A DNA stretch of 63,284 nt, filler included, from Octopus bimaculoides (lineage: Eukaryota), in the NCBI RefSeq assembly GCF_001194135.2. It is 3 parts of 3 records of this genome, joined end to end, with 100 filler letters (N's around TTAATTAATTAA, not from the genome) between each part and the next. Parts side by side here need not be neighbours in the genome. Positions count along the whole stretch, not along the records: positions 31,716 to 61,291 come from NC_068989.1; 2 more parts are not named here. One strand, written 5' to 3'. The translations under genes were made by a program, and so were the position numbers. The notes beneath the pieces are model-generated. The model was given only the letters and a program-made list of their open reading frames with translations. It was not told the origin of the DNA and ran no database searches. This document shows, in pieces, positions 38,445-50,655 of the stretch; position 1 is the first letter of the stretch, and every line of letters starts with the position of its first letter.

Positions 38445-39313
38445 CTAGCAGACATACCCGGTGTTGCCCGGGCTGTTAAGTAAGCCTGCTCAGCGTAGTC
38501 TCCCACGAAGTAGAGCTAAAGAAACTGAGGCGAGGCAGCGTCATAAGGCTGCAGGGAACCAATTCTCTGGTAGATCTTCCCCTGCACTTTAAAGGAAAGC
38601 ATGAAATGCCCATCTTGTAGAATGGTGACGCTGAAGTTAGTCATATGGAACGCGCAGTTGTAGCCACGTATCTTCTGTCAAAAAATCAGTCAAAAAGGGT
38701 GGAGGATCTTGTAGAAGAGGTACTGTAATCTTAACGTTGGAGCAGCACCTGCCGGCAGTTTCTCCAGGCCACTTTTTAGCTCCGCAAAATTGGCAGATTG
38801 TGGACATGCAGCCTATTTGAACGTCAGGGTGATTACTGTAGTTAATTGTAGGATCGTAGTTGAATGCTGTCATTGACCAACACGAGGAGCATGGCCTTGA
38901 GTAGGAACGTCGTGCAGCCCTTCACTGAGTTGTAGCCTCCGGTCGTTGTTCTCTTTCCCCTGTAGCCTCCGTAGCGTGCGCAGCAGCAGCTGCTGCAGCA
39001 TCTCTTGTAAGTCGAACTCCGCGTTGTGCTGCAGTTTCTGCAGCTCGTTCAGCAGCAGATGAAGAATCATTTCTTGTAAGTCGATCTGCGCGTTGTGCTG
39101 CAGTCTCTGAAGCTCGTGCAGCAGCAGTAGAGGAGGCATTTCTCAGCAGATTCATTTGTACGCATAAGTTTACTTTTCTTTGCAGCATTTGTTTGCAGAC
39201 CTATATTGGATCTTTTCGTGAAGGCATGGTGGAAAATTATCCGTTTACGCAATAGAAACTGTCCTATAGAAAAACCGGTGAATGTGTAGCACGCACCTCA
39301 AAAATAGTAAAAT
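38445..39313 (-). mobile_element. internally deleted Helitron (N-terminal Rep-Hel coding remnant plus canonical 3' end)
   Basis: KRSNIG; RAxETxxQRxxRL repeats; AFNYDP..YSNHPDVQIG.MSTICQFCGAKKW.GE..G.CCSN; IRGYNCAFHMTNF...FKVQGKIYQRIGSL...PQFL*LYFVGD. At the 3' end, a cccgg/ccggg hairpin (38457-38472) lies 8 nt before CTAG|T (38445-38448). The 5' end is presumably in the gap. Confidence 0.92.
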
Positions 39314-40783
39314 NNNNNNNNNNNNNNNNNNNNNNNNNNNNNNNNNNNNNNNNNNNNNNNNNNNNNNNNNNNNNNNNNNNNNNNNNNNNNNNNNNNNNNN
39401 NNNNNNNNNNNNNNNNNNNNNNNNNNNNNNNNNNNNNNNNNNNNNNNNNNNNNNNNNNNNNNNNNNNNNNNNNNNNNNNNNNNNNNNNNNNNNNNNNNNN
39501 NNNNNNNNNNNNNNNNNNNNNNNNNNNNNNNNNNNNNNNNNNNNNNNNNNNNNNNNNNNNNNNNNNNNNNNNNNNNNNNNNNNNNNNNNNNNNNNNNNNN
39601 NNNNNNNNNNNNNNNNNNNNNNNNNNNNNNNNNNNNNNNNNNNNNNNNNNNNNNNNNNNNNNNNNNNNNNNNNNNNNNNNNNNNNNNNNNNNNNNNNNNN
39701 NNNNNNNNNNNNNNNNNNNNNNNNNNNNNNNNNNNNNNNNNNNNNNNNNNNNNNNNNNNNNNNNNNNNNNNNNNNNNNNNNNNNNNNNNNNNNNNNNNNN
39801 NNNNNNNNNNNNNNNNNNNNNNNNNNNNNNNNNNNNNNNNNNNNNNNNNNNNNNNNNNNNNNNNNNNNNNNNNNNNNNNNNNNNNNNNNNNNNNNNNNNN
39901 NNNNNNNNNNNNNNNNNNNNNNNNNATATATATATATATATATACTTGCCTAGGGCTTTTTGTGTTTGATCGTGTAGGTCTCTGAATACATAATTTTTAC
40001 GTGTATGTAAGAGTATATTAATAGTTATACGCTTATGTATACTTATGTTTGTGTGCGTGTGTGTGGGAGAGTGTATATGAGTACTAGAATGTGTATGTAT
40101 GGATGGATGAATGTATATATAGTTATTCGTTTGTGCGTTTATATATATATATCTTTATAAGGATTGTTTACATTTTACATACATGTGTGGAAATCTGGGT
40201 AAGTAGTATGTATACATACAGACAGAGAGACATGTGTGTGTGTGTGTATAATTGCATTTGTATGTATTTAGCTTTCTTATTTTTTCTCTTTCTCTGTGTT
40301 TCCTTCGCCTTGCTGTATTTAAAGCAATAACCGCTTTCTGATTAATACAATACATAACATTCATGAGGAAATGGTTAATTATAGCTTATAAAATCTATTC
40401 AGTTTTAAATGAATTACTTTAAATTAACTAATTCTATATGGCAATTACATAATTATGGAATTAGTCAGCTTTACCTCATGAAACAGCTGTTGAACACAAT
40501 TTAATTATGAACTATTAAAGAATGGACTATGTGGAATTTATGCACTTCTCTTTTTATTTTGAATATATTCCTTTATAAGATCGACTTAGCCAATTGAGCA
40601 TATACTTGCACGTCAGCCCTGCATGAATTCATTGCAATGTAATAGTTTTCGAGTTAAACGATCTTTTCTTATTTGACCTCTATATTACTGTGGTTTTCAT
40701 ATTTTTTACGTTTGTAAGTCAAGTATCCAGAAGGACAAATGGTTATATGTATGTATATATGTATGTATGTATGTATTTATGTA

Positions 40784-41035
40784 TTAGGTTGGTGTGTAAT
40801 TGTTGCGGCTTTTTATCAATAACTTTTTTTCAGCGAAAACAGTAACAATATTTAACAAAAGTATCTTTAAATGATTATTCCGGAGCATATTCAGATTCTA
40901 CTTCAATTACAGCTTCCCATTTGCTTGGCGGCTGGTCGGAATAAACATTTAAAGATGTTTTTGTTACATGTTGTCATTGTTTTTGTTGAATAAAATTTAT
41001 TGAGAAAAAACCGCAATAATTATACACCAATCTAA
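40784..41035 (-). mobile_element. non-autonomous mariner (deletion derivative / MITE)
   Basis: TA-flanked TIRs ttaggttggtgtgtaattgttgcggctttt and aaaaaaccgcaataattatacaccaatctaa (Hsmar1-like TIR); interior encodes the mariner C-terminus PSKWEAVIEVESEYAPE*. Confidence 0.9.
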
Positions 41036-42348
41036 TATCTATGTATGTATGTATGTAAATGTATGTATGTAAATGTATGTATGTATCCATGTATATGTAT
41101 ATATAACTCTGTGTGCGTGCGTGTGTGTGTGTGTGTGTACGTATACATACACACATACAGATATGGACATATTCAAATATGAAATAGAAGCAGCGCTAGT
41201 GTAATAACATTATCAACCACACATACTGTAATTAACGTATATGTTTCATGTGTTTGCGGGTTGGCGGCGTGTCTGTCGTGGTAGAGATTACTCTATAACG
41301 CCTCCTCAAAGCACCAGGTGTTAAAACACCTGAAATTCATGGNNNNNNNNNNNNNNNNNNNNNNNNNNNNNNNNNNNNNNNNNNNNNNNNNNNNNNNNNN
41401 NNNNNNNNNNNNNNNNNNNNNNNNNNNNNNNNNNNNNNNNNNNNNNNNNNNNNNNNNNNNNNNNNNNNNNNNNNNNATATATATATATATATAAGTGAAT
41501 TACCTCTGAATAAATATTGTACTCCTTACATTAAAGTGTGAACAAAGCTGCTAAATTGATTGTAATATGAATGAACATTTCATAAGCTACGATTCCACTG
41601 TAATACCAGTAGGGATGATTAGAGAACCAGAATTCAATTTGATTTTAAAAATAAGGCTATAACCTTCAACTGAATACCATCGCAAGAAGCTTGTTTGAAT
41701 TAGTTCACTTTGAAAACATCGCAAGTGATGGACCCCTCATGAAATTACAGCGACTAGAATGCATAATTGCATAGGGAGCAATGTGTAGTTGCTGCAATTG
41801 AAACATGTGTATGCTGTAAAAAACTTTTATTTTAATGAAAGTTTTGGATGTGAATAAATCTCTACTTTCCCCTTCGTTTTCAGTTATATATGTATATATA
41901 AGACGGTGTTCCAGCATGGCCGCAGTCACATGGCTAAAACAAGTAAAACAGTATAACTATAAAACAACACACACATATGTGTATGTATGTTGGTATGTAT
42001 GCATGATGGTAAAGCAACAATTTTAAGCTAGATCACTGCTTAAAATATACCTTGGACAATATTCCTTGCAATATGTTTTCCGATTCTTGCCCAAATGGGT
42101 TGAGAGACTTAACTTGTCCCATGCACCTAGTACCTTGGTTACTTTTACTGAGCCCACTTTGTTGCAGGAATTCGGCTTAGGTGTCCTGTTTCAAGATACA
42201 TTCCTTCTTCCCCTCCCACCAGTCCCAGAGGGTCTGTAATGCGCTATGAGCAACGCTTTTCCACAAGATTAAAAAATATATATATGAAGGTGCATAGCCC
42301 AGTGGTTAGAGCGTCGGGTTCACTCACTCCAGCTGTTCCCGACGTGAC

Positions 42349-42595
42349 TTTATTGATGAATAGAGTTATTACATCAGGTAAAAAAAAAATTTTCTTCAGG
42401 TGAATATAAGCACGAATTAAACACTAAAAAAAAAAAACAATCCAACGAATTCAATTATATGCCATTTCATAAACTCTGGCCGAAGTTCGCCAGGGAATCA
42501 TCGTGGAATGTTTTTTATAAAATGTTTAATTCGTGCATATATTCACCTGAGGAAAACGATTTTTGTCACCTGTTATAGCTCTATTCATTAATAAA
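42349..42595. mobile_element. MITE with ~75-bp terminal inverted repeats, interrupting a tRNA-like SINE head (42284-42348)
   Basis: 42349-42423 aligns with the reverse complement of 42523-42595 (shared ...tcaggtgaatat.gcacgaattaaaca core). Confidence 0.75.
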
Positions 42596-42769
42596 AAAGT
42601 GTAGTGAGTGAGCCAGTATCCATCCGTAGTTATTTGTGTGTGTGTGTATATATGTATTTATATTTATATATTTGTTCAGTTTTATTTCAAGATTTTTTTT
42701 GCCAATAGAGAAAGAGCCGGTTTCTAACCTAGAACCAAGGCTCATTGGAATTTCACGTGTATATATGTT

Positions 42770-42848
42770 TGTGTGCTCTCTCTGTCTCTCTCTGTGTCTC
42801 TCTGTCACTCTCTCTCTCCCTCTCTCTCTCTCTCCCTCNNNNNNNNNN

Positions 42849-42906
<58 letters not shown>

Positions 42907-43203
42907 CTCGCTCTGTCTTATGGCAGTCAACCTTCTTTCTCGTTCGTTTTTAACTCTTCTTTCTCGCCCTTTTCCTTACAGTCTGACTTATCCTCACTTT
43001 ATCCCACTGAAGCCTCTCTCTCTGTCATTCTATATCTCTCACATCTCTCTGTCAACTTTGTTGTCTCGCTCTTTACTCTGTTATTATATATATCTTACAC
43101 TCCTCTCTATTTCAAACCACATTCACTCATTTTTCGTTTCTGCCAATCTCTCTATACCTTTGTCTACATCTATCTTTGTCTATTATTTTCCTACTTCGTT
43201 ATT

Positions 43204-43240
<37 letters not shown>

Positions 43241-44036
43241 TCATTTTCCTTATCATTTTACAGTTTCTACTCTCTCTCTCTCTCTCACTCTCTCTCTCAC
43301 TCTCTCTCTCACTCTCTCTCTCTTTCTCTTTCTNNNNNNNNNNNNNNNNNNNNNNNNNNNNNNNNNNNNNNNNNNNNNNNNNNNNNNNNNNNNNNNNNNN
43401 NNNNNNNNNNNNNNNNNNNNNNNNNNNNNNNNNNNNNNNNNNNNNNNNNNNNNNNNNNNNNNNNNNNNNNNNNNNNNNNNNNNNNNNNNNNNNNNNNNNN
43501 NNNNNNNNNNNNNNNNNNNNNNNNNNNNNNNNNNNNNNNNNNNNNNNNNNNNNNNNNNNNNNNNNNNNNNNNNNNNNNNNNNNNNNNNNNNNNNNNNNNN
43601 NNNNNNNNNNNNNNNNNNNNNNNNNNNNNNNNNNNNNNNNNNNNNNNNNNNNNNNNNNNNNNNNNNNNNNNNNNNNNNNNNNNNNNNNNNNNNNNNNNNN
43701 NNNNNNNNNNNNNNNNNNNNNNNNNNNNNNNNNNNNNNNNNNNNNNNNNNNNNNNNNNNNNNNNNNNNNNNNNNNNNNNNNNNNNNNNNNNNNNNNNNNN
43801 NNNNNNNNNNNNNNNNNNNNNNNNNNNNNNNNNNNNNNNNNNNNNNNNNNNNNNNNNNNNNNNNNNNNNNNNNNNNNNNNNNNNNNNNNNNNNNNNNNNN
43901 NNNNNNNNNNNNNNNNNNNNNNNNNTCTCACCCATTATTTTCCAAACTCTCTCATAAACATTTTCTATATTTTCCCATTTGCCTACTCTCTAACACCAAT
44001 ATTTTTCCTTTGTCATATCTCTCTCCTTCTCTCTCT

Positions 44037-44086
<50 letters not shown>

Positions 44087-44385
44087 TATATCGTTAATCC
44101 CTTTCTCTCCCTTTCTTATCCCTACATCGTCAGTACATCTCATCTCTCTTATTTTACTTTTACTTTCACTTGCTATATCATTGACTCTTTTACTTTCTCT
44201 CCGTTTCTCCTTACTATATCATCAATCACTAACATCCCTTCTTCTCACTATATCATCAATCTCTCTTTGCCTCTCTCTATCTTTTAGTCCTTTACCTCTT
44301 ACACTTTCTCCTTTATCCATTCCACTCACCCACTCATTCTGCTACTCACACCGTTCCTCTATTCCACTGCTACTCTCTCATTCAT
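42770..44385. repeat. long CT-rich microsatellite / low-complexity tract with gaps
   Basis: (CT)n arrays and degenerate pyrimidine-rich sequence. Confidence 0.9.
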
Positions 44386-44497
44386 GATAAAGACGCTATG
44401 TTGCCTACACTCATTACTATATAACCAGGTGAAGTACAAACAACAGACGATAGAACCACTACATCTCTCTCAGTTCTCATAGCAGACGACAACTTAC

Positions 44498-44543
44498 GCC
44501 TTCTCCAATGGTTAACGGTTTTGATAGGATTCGATACCGGAAA
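44498..44543 (-). CDS. candidate 46-bp exon
   Basis: Branch-like cactaac, pyrimidine tract and AG, then donor gtaagt; open as FPVSNPIKTVNHWRR or FRYRILSKPLTIGEG. Confidence 0.25.
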
Positions 44544-45359
44544 CTTTAAATAATTTTAAAGAGAGGTTAGTGAATTATTTAATATTTTGATATATTTTTT
44601 AAATAAGTGTTTGTGTGATGTTTGTATGTCTATACGTGTGTGTATGTGTGTTCGTATGGCAACTGGTAAGTATGCGCGCATCAATTTTTGCATGTGTGTC
44701 TCTTTGACTGTGTGCCCGCATGTGTGCGAGTGTGTGAGTGTGTTTGTCTATCAGAGTTTGTGTGTGCGTGTGTGTGTGTGTGTGTGTCTACGTGAGTTTG
44801 TGTGTGTTTATGTGAACATGCGTGCTTATGTGTGAATGTGTATCTGTTGGTTTGCATGTGTGCTTCCGTGCGGACGTATGCTTGTGCGTGTAAGATTTTT
44901 GCTTTTTTATTTTCATGTGTATATATGTTTACCTGTATACAAACGTGAATTTATACGTGTGCGTATACGTTTGTGTGAATAAACACTGAAAGCAACAGCA
45001 ACACATAGTGCATGTATTCGTGTACATGTGTATACGCGTCTGTGCATGTGCATGCACAGACGCAAGAGTTGAAGTGACAGAGATATTGTGGCGATGATTT
45101 TGTATATGTGCGTGTGTTCTGCGTGTGTCTGTGTGTTTGTCTGTGCGTATACGTGTGAGTGCTTGTGCAGATGTATTTATAATTGTGCACGATTGCGTGT
45201 CTGTATGTGTGTAGGTGTTTCCGTACCGGTCTATGAGTCTCTGTGTGTATATATAAGTGTACATCTGGGTGCATATAACTGTCTCTCTGAGTGTAAGAAT
45301 GTGAGAGTGTGTATGTTTCATAACTTTTTACTTTATTCAGATTGAATAAGAAACAACTC

Positions 45360-45687
45360 ACACTCACCACTCTCACTATTTTCTTTCTCTCTCTGTTCTC
45401 TCTCTGTTCTCTCTTTTCTTCTCTATTTTGTTTCCTAAGTGTATCTCTCACTCTCTTTATTTCTCCCCCTCTCTCATCTCTCGTTCTCTCTCTCTCTCTC
45501 TCTCTTCTTCTTCTTCTCTTTCTCTCTCTCTCTCTCTCTTCTTCTTCTTCTTCTCTCTCTCTCTCTCTCTCTTCTTCTTCTCTTTCTCTCTCTCTCTCTT
45601 CTTCTCTTTCTCTCTCTCTCTCTCTCTTCTCTTTCTCTCTCTTCCTCTCTCTCACGCACGCGCGGTTTCTCTCCTATACATACTTAC

Positions 45688-45743
<56 letters not shown>

Positions 45744-45745
45744 GT
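45360..45745. repeat. compound (CT)n/(CTT)n/(CTAT)n microsatellite
   Basis: Read directly from the sequence. Confidence 0.9.
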
Positions 45746-46360
45746 CTGTCTGTGTATCTCTATCTTATAGACAGCAGCGTGTAATGTTTATATATATATA
45801 TATATATANNNNNNNNNNNNNNNNNNNNNNNNNNNNNNNNNNNNNNNNNNNNNNNNNNNNNNNNNNNNNNNNNNNNNNNNNNNNNNNNNNNNNNNNNNNN
45901 NNNNNNNNNNNNNNNNNNNNNNNNNNNNNNNNNNNNNNNNNNNNNNNNNNNNNNNNNNNNNNNNNNNNNNNNNNNNNNNNNNNNNNNNNNNNNNNNNNNN
46001 NNNNNNNNNNNNNNNNNNNNNNNNNNNNNNNNNNNNNNNNNNNNNNNNNNNNNNNNNNNNNNNNNNNNNNNNNNNNNNNNNNNNNNNNNNNNNNNNNNNN
46101 NNNNNNNNNNNNNNNNNNNNNNNNNNNNNNNNNNNNNNNNNNNNNNNNNNNNNNNNNNNNNNNNNNNNNNNNNNNNNNNNNNNNNNNNNNNNNNNNNNNN
46201 NNNNNNNNNNNNNNNNNNNNNNNNNNNNNNNNNNNNNNNNNNNNNNNNNNNNNNNNNNNNNNNNNNNNNNNNNNNNNNNNNNNNNNNNNNNNNNNNNNNN
46301 NNNNNNNNNNNNNNNNNNNNNNNNNNNNNNNNNNNNNNNNNNNNNNNNNNNNNNNNNNNN

Positions 46361-46393
<33 letters not shown>

Positions 46394-47314
46394 TGTATAC
46401 ATACAAGCCCACACACACATACATACACACACACACACAGTCACATACATTTACGGGGTTCCAACTGTGTCTTGTAGTTTAATATAGATATACTCAAAAA
46501 TTAAGTCTACACATTCTTAACTGGTGAGCTTGACACTTTCATACATGCATACATGCATATCATTGTTGTTGTTGTTATTATTAAGATCATCGTAATCGCC
46601 ATCACCATCATCATCATTATAATCATGATGGTCGTCATCATCAACATCATCATCGACTGAAGCGTCTTTAACCATACCTCTCGAGTATAACGCTACCCAT
46701 TACTCAATCGTATGAATAACGGAACACCTGAAACACAGAATCGTCAGCCTTTATGAAAACATATGCGCTATTCTTATGTAGTATTGAGTATATTTTCCCC
46801 TTTGCAAGTAGATAAGTTTATATATATATATATATGTATGCATATGTGTATGTATGTACATATATGTGCATACATGTATATGTGAGTGTGTGTTGTGTGT
46901 ACGTCTGAGTGCATGTGTATATGTGTGTGTGTGTGTATGTCATTCTTCTTATCTTGTTTTTCGTTGATTTTTTTTTTTTTTTTTTTTTTTTGCCTACCTT
47001 TCGACCGATCGATCGATTAATCAACTTGACTATCTCTCTTTCTGTTATTACTGTCTAACTATATCTCATTTTCTATTATTATTCTCAAAGGAAGTAAGAC
47101 GAAAATATTTGTGTGCCGAACTGAAAGTCGTGCAGATTTTAACTACGACCCTTTAAGTTCTGAGTTCTAATTACTTAGCACCTAATTGTCCTTTCATTTT
47201 GCCGTTCGCACCGATTACCTAAGTATCAGTTAAAAGCTGTATTTAATTACATTGATTCGATACCACTCACTTAGTTATGAATTATTAATATCATCATAAT
47301 TATTATAACCGAAT

Positions 47315-47528
47315 GTGGGGAGCTGACATAGTCATCAGAGCACCATAGAAATGCTTAGCGACATATCTTTCCGCTCTTAACATTCTTAGCTAAAATACCC
47401 GCTGAGGTTATCATTGCTTTGAATGCTTTTTAGATCAATAAAATTAAGTACCAGTTGAATATTGGGGTTCGACGTAATCGACCTCCCGTTCCCATAAAAA
47501 CTGCTAGCCCTGTGCCAAATTTTGCAAC

Positions 47529-47583
<55 letters not shown>

Positions 47584-47724
47584 AATTGTCACCGCACTGG
47601 ACAAAATGCTTACCGGCATTCCGTCCGTCTTTACGCTTTGAGTTCAAACTCTGCTGAGGTCGATGTAATCAACTAGTCCCCCTCCCATCAAACTTTAGGC
47701 CTTGTACCTTTAGTAGAAAGGATT

Positions 47725-47792
<68 letters not shown>

Positions 47793-48445
47793 CATTATTA
47801 TTNNNNNNNNNNNNNNNNNNNNNNNNNNNNNNNNNNNNNNNNNNNNNNNNNNNNNNNNNNNNNNNNNNNNNNNNNNNNNNNNNNNNNNNNNNNNNNNNNN
47901 NNNNNNNNNNNNNNNNNNNNNNNNNNNNNNNNNNNNNNNNNNNNNNNNNNNNNNNNNNNNNNNNNNNNNNNNNNNNNNNNNNNNNNNNNNNNNNNNNNNN
48001 NNNNNNNNNNNNNNNNNNNNNNNNNNNNNNNNNNNNNNNNNNNNNNNNNNNNNNNNNNNNNNNNNNNNNNNNNNNNNNNNNNNNNNNNNNNNNNNNNNNN
48101 NNNNNNNNNNNNNNNNNNNNNNNNNNNNNNNNNNNNNNNNNNNNNNNNNNNNNNNNNNNNNNNNNNNNNNNNNNNNNNNTAGCAGAATTTATTCTGTCTT
48201 TACGTTCAGATATCTGAGATTCCGCCGAGACGGACTTTGCTTTTCATCCCTTTGGGTTCGATAAAATAAGTCCAAGTCAAGTACTGGGATCAATATAATC
48301 GACTTTCCCACCCACCAAATTTCCAGCCTCGTGCCTATCCATTCGGGGTCGATAAAATAAGTACCAGTCGAACACTGGGTTCGATCTAATCGACTTACCC
48401 CCTCCTCTGAAATTGCTGGCCTTGTGCTAAAATCTGACATCATTA
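47315..48445 (+). mobile_element. tandem array of at least four family A SINEs joined by (ATT)n/(CTT)n
   Basis: Copies at ~47315-47530, 47581-47725, 48180-48340 and 48341-48445, all on the + strand; gap at 47803-48179. Confidence 0.8.
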
Positions 48446-48683
48446 TTATTTACAGTTGATGGATATTTGTCCTCATCTTGTTTGTTGTTAACACAATGTT
48501 TTGGCTGATATAGCCTACAGCCTCCATCAGGTGTCCTGTGGGAATTTCGAACTTGGGTTCTCATTCCTAAAGTATTTTTCGATGTTATTATTAAGGTCAC
48601 TGCATGGAATCGAACTGGGAATCTTGGGGTTAGTAGCCCGCACTCTTAACCACTACGCTATATGCCCGTGGGCAATTATGGAG
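48445..48683 (-). mobile_element. tRNA-headed short element with hammerhead-like tail (left arm of inverted pair)
   Basis: A-box tagcgtagtgg (48650-48660), B-box gttcgattcc (48606-48615); tail gacac-CTGATGG-aggctg..cagcc-AAAAC-ATT-gtgtt. Confidence 0.8.
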
Positions 48684-48804
48684 CAGCACATATGCTAGGA
48701 CACAACAACCTCCTAAGCAGACCGAGTGCAGATATGAAAAGCATATGGGAACGAATATTAAGGAAGGATAGGAAAATATTAGATTTTTAAGCCCTAAAAA
48801 TTCA

Positions 48805-49046
48805 CTCCATAATTGTCCACGGATATATGGCATAGTGGTTAAAAGTGCGGGCTACTAACCCCAAGATACCGAGTTCGATTCCAGGTAGTGAACTTAACAA
48901 TAATAACATCGAAAAATACATTAAGAATGAGAATCCAGGTTCGAAATTTCCCTATGACACCTAATGAAGGCTGGAGGGAATATCAGCCGAAACGTTCTGT
49001 TAACAACAAAAAAGATGAGGACAAATAATGTAAATAATGTAAATAA
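48805..49046 (+). mobile_element. tRNA-headed short element with hammerhead-like tail (right arm of inverted pair)
   Basis: A-box tggcatagtgg (48828-48838), B-box gttcgattcc (48873-48882); tail ends in tgtaaataa repeats. Confidence 0.8.
48956..49001 (+). ncRNA. degenerate minimal type I hammerhead ribozyme motif
   Basis: gacac (stem I) - CTAATGA (core, G5A) - a - ggctg/cagcc (stem II) - GAAAC - GTT (palindromic AACGTT stem III, cleavage triplet GUU) - ctgtt (stem I', gtgtt in the other copy). Confidence 0.6.
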
Positions 49047-50055
49047 GGTACATAATTCCTATCTCTTAAAATATAGAACATTATCATTATTATTATTACA
49101 GAAGGTGGTAGGTTGATATAATCATAAAGCCTCGGGCAAGATGCATTGCATTCTGGCTCTTTATGTTCCAAGTTCAATTCCCGATGCGGTCAACTGTCTT
49201 TCCGCCTCCTGAGATTGATTCAATCGATATTTTCCTCCCACTCCCGTCTCGTTGCAGTTAACCGAGTTTTATCACGTTCAGTAAAGTACTCCCAGCTCTC
49301 AGCATAGCAAAACAACTTGTCTTGGTAACATGATTTCGCTAATTAATTTTTTATGCTACTGTAGTTGCAAGCTATCGTAGAACGCCCTGGAAGAGATAGC
49401 TGGAGGGAGGGCGGACCGCATTAGTGTCCCCTCTGTTATTTATTGCAGCTGAGTCGTCCAGAGCAACTTGAAAGAAGTGCCACCCGGTCTAGAAACCAAA
49501 TTTACGAATTAATTATAACGATCCAAACTACGGAGCTAGGTGCCTTCACTCAATGACACATCATATATTGACTACAATACGAATGATGGAAGACCTATAA
49601 AGTCTTCTATCATTAGCATTTCTAATTAAATGTTTGATTGTGAAGTAGCAACAGTCGATACCGATCTTTGTATCTTTATCTCTTACTTAACTGCTATTCT
49701 TTCTTACAACTTACTCATTCTCTACCTTTCTCTCCCCCAGTTTCTACAGTACCATAATTTCTGTTATTAATCCCAGCCCTCTATACTACATTACCTTTAG
49801 GGTCCTATTTCAATCCCTTTACAGTTTTAAAAAACCGGGGATAAATAAATTTTTCGCCGTGTCATAGTAAGGTTTGTAAACCAGTGTCATAATTTCAATT
49901 CCTACTCGTATCCTCTTTACTCTTCCATCCGCTATCATTCTAAAATCGATGAAATAGGAATCGATTACATACTGCATACAATTGCCTGGACTAATCCCAG
50001 AAAATTTTCACCTCGTGAACATTTCACTTAATACCTTATACGATGGGGTTTTTTC

Positions 50056-50200
50056 CAATTTCCGTCTACCAGATCCACTTACAAGGTTTTGGTCGACTAG
50101 GTGCTACAGTAGAAGGTACTTACTCAAGGTGCCATGTTATAGAACTGAATTCACAGCCATGTGGTTAGGAAGCAAACTTCTTATCACAGAGCCATGCTTT
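50056..50200 (-). mobile_element. tRNA-derived SINE, family B head
   Basis: Reverse complement homologous to 34255-34410. Confidence 0.7.
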
Positions 50201-50439
50201 ACTTTGGACTTATTTAAATATAGAAATATCAAATGACACAAGGCAACAAAACATCAAGACTTTCGAGGACAGTTATAGTTAATTCAATCTATGTAGCGTA
50301 TTACTGGTACTTTGTCCGATCACAAGTTAAAGAAAAGTATTATAAACCCCAGGGAATGGTGTATAAACTAACCAAAATATAAAATGATGAAATTAAACGA
50401 TTTTGCCAGCTTCCGTTTATGTAGGCGTAGAGTTGGATA

Positions 50440-50655
50440 AATCCTTTCTACTACAAGCACAAGTCCTTACAATTTACCGGAGGGGATTTGGTCTAGGCGA
50501 TTATATGACCCGAGTGTTTGACTGGTTTTTATGTTATCGACACCGAAAGTATGAAAGGCAATGTCGGTCTCGGCAAGATTTGAACTCAGAACATAAAGAC
50601 GGGCGGAATGCCGCTACGCATTTTATCCGGCGTGCTCACAATTCTGCCAGCGCAC
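50440..50655 (-). mobile_element. tRNA-derived SINE, family A
   Basis: Full-length copy with A/B boxes and gtagtagaaagga tail. Confidence 0.85.

Noticed and set aside
48820-48890. tRNA gene call
   Set aside because: A and B boxes are present, but the acceptor stem is not completed and the sequence continues into a repeat tail; these are SINE heads.
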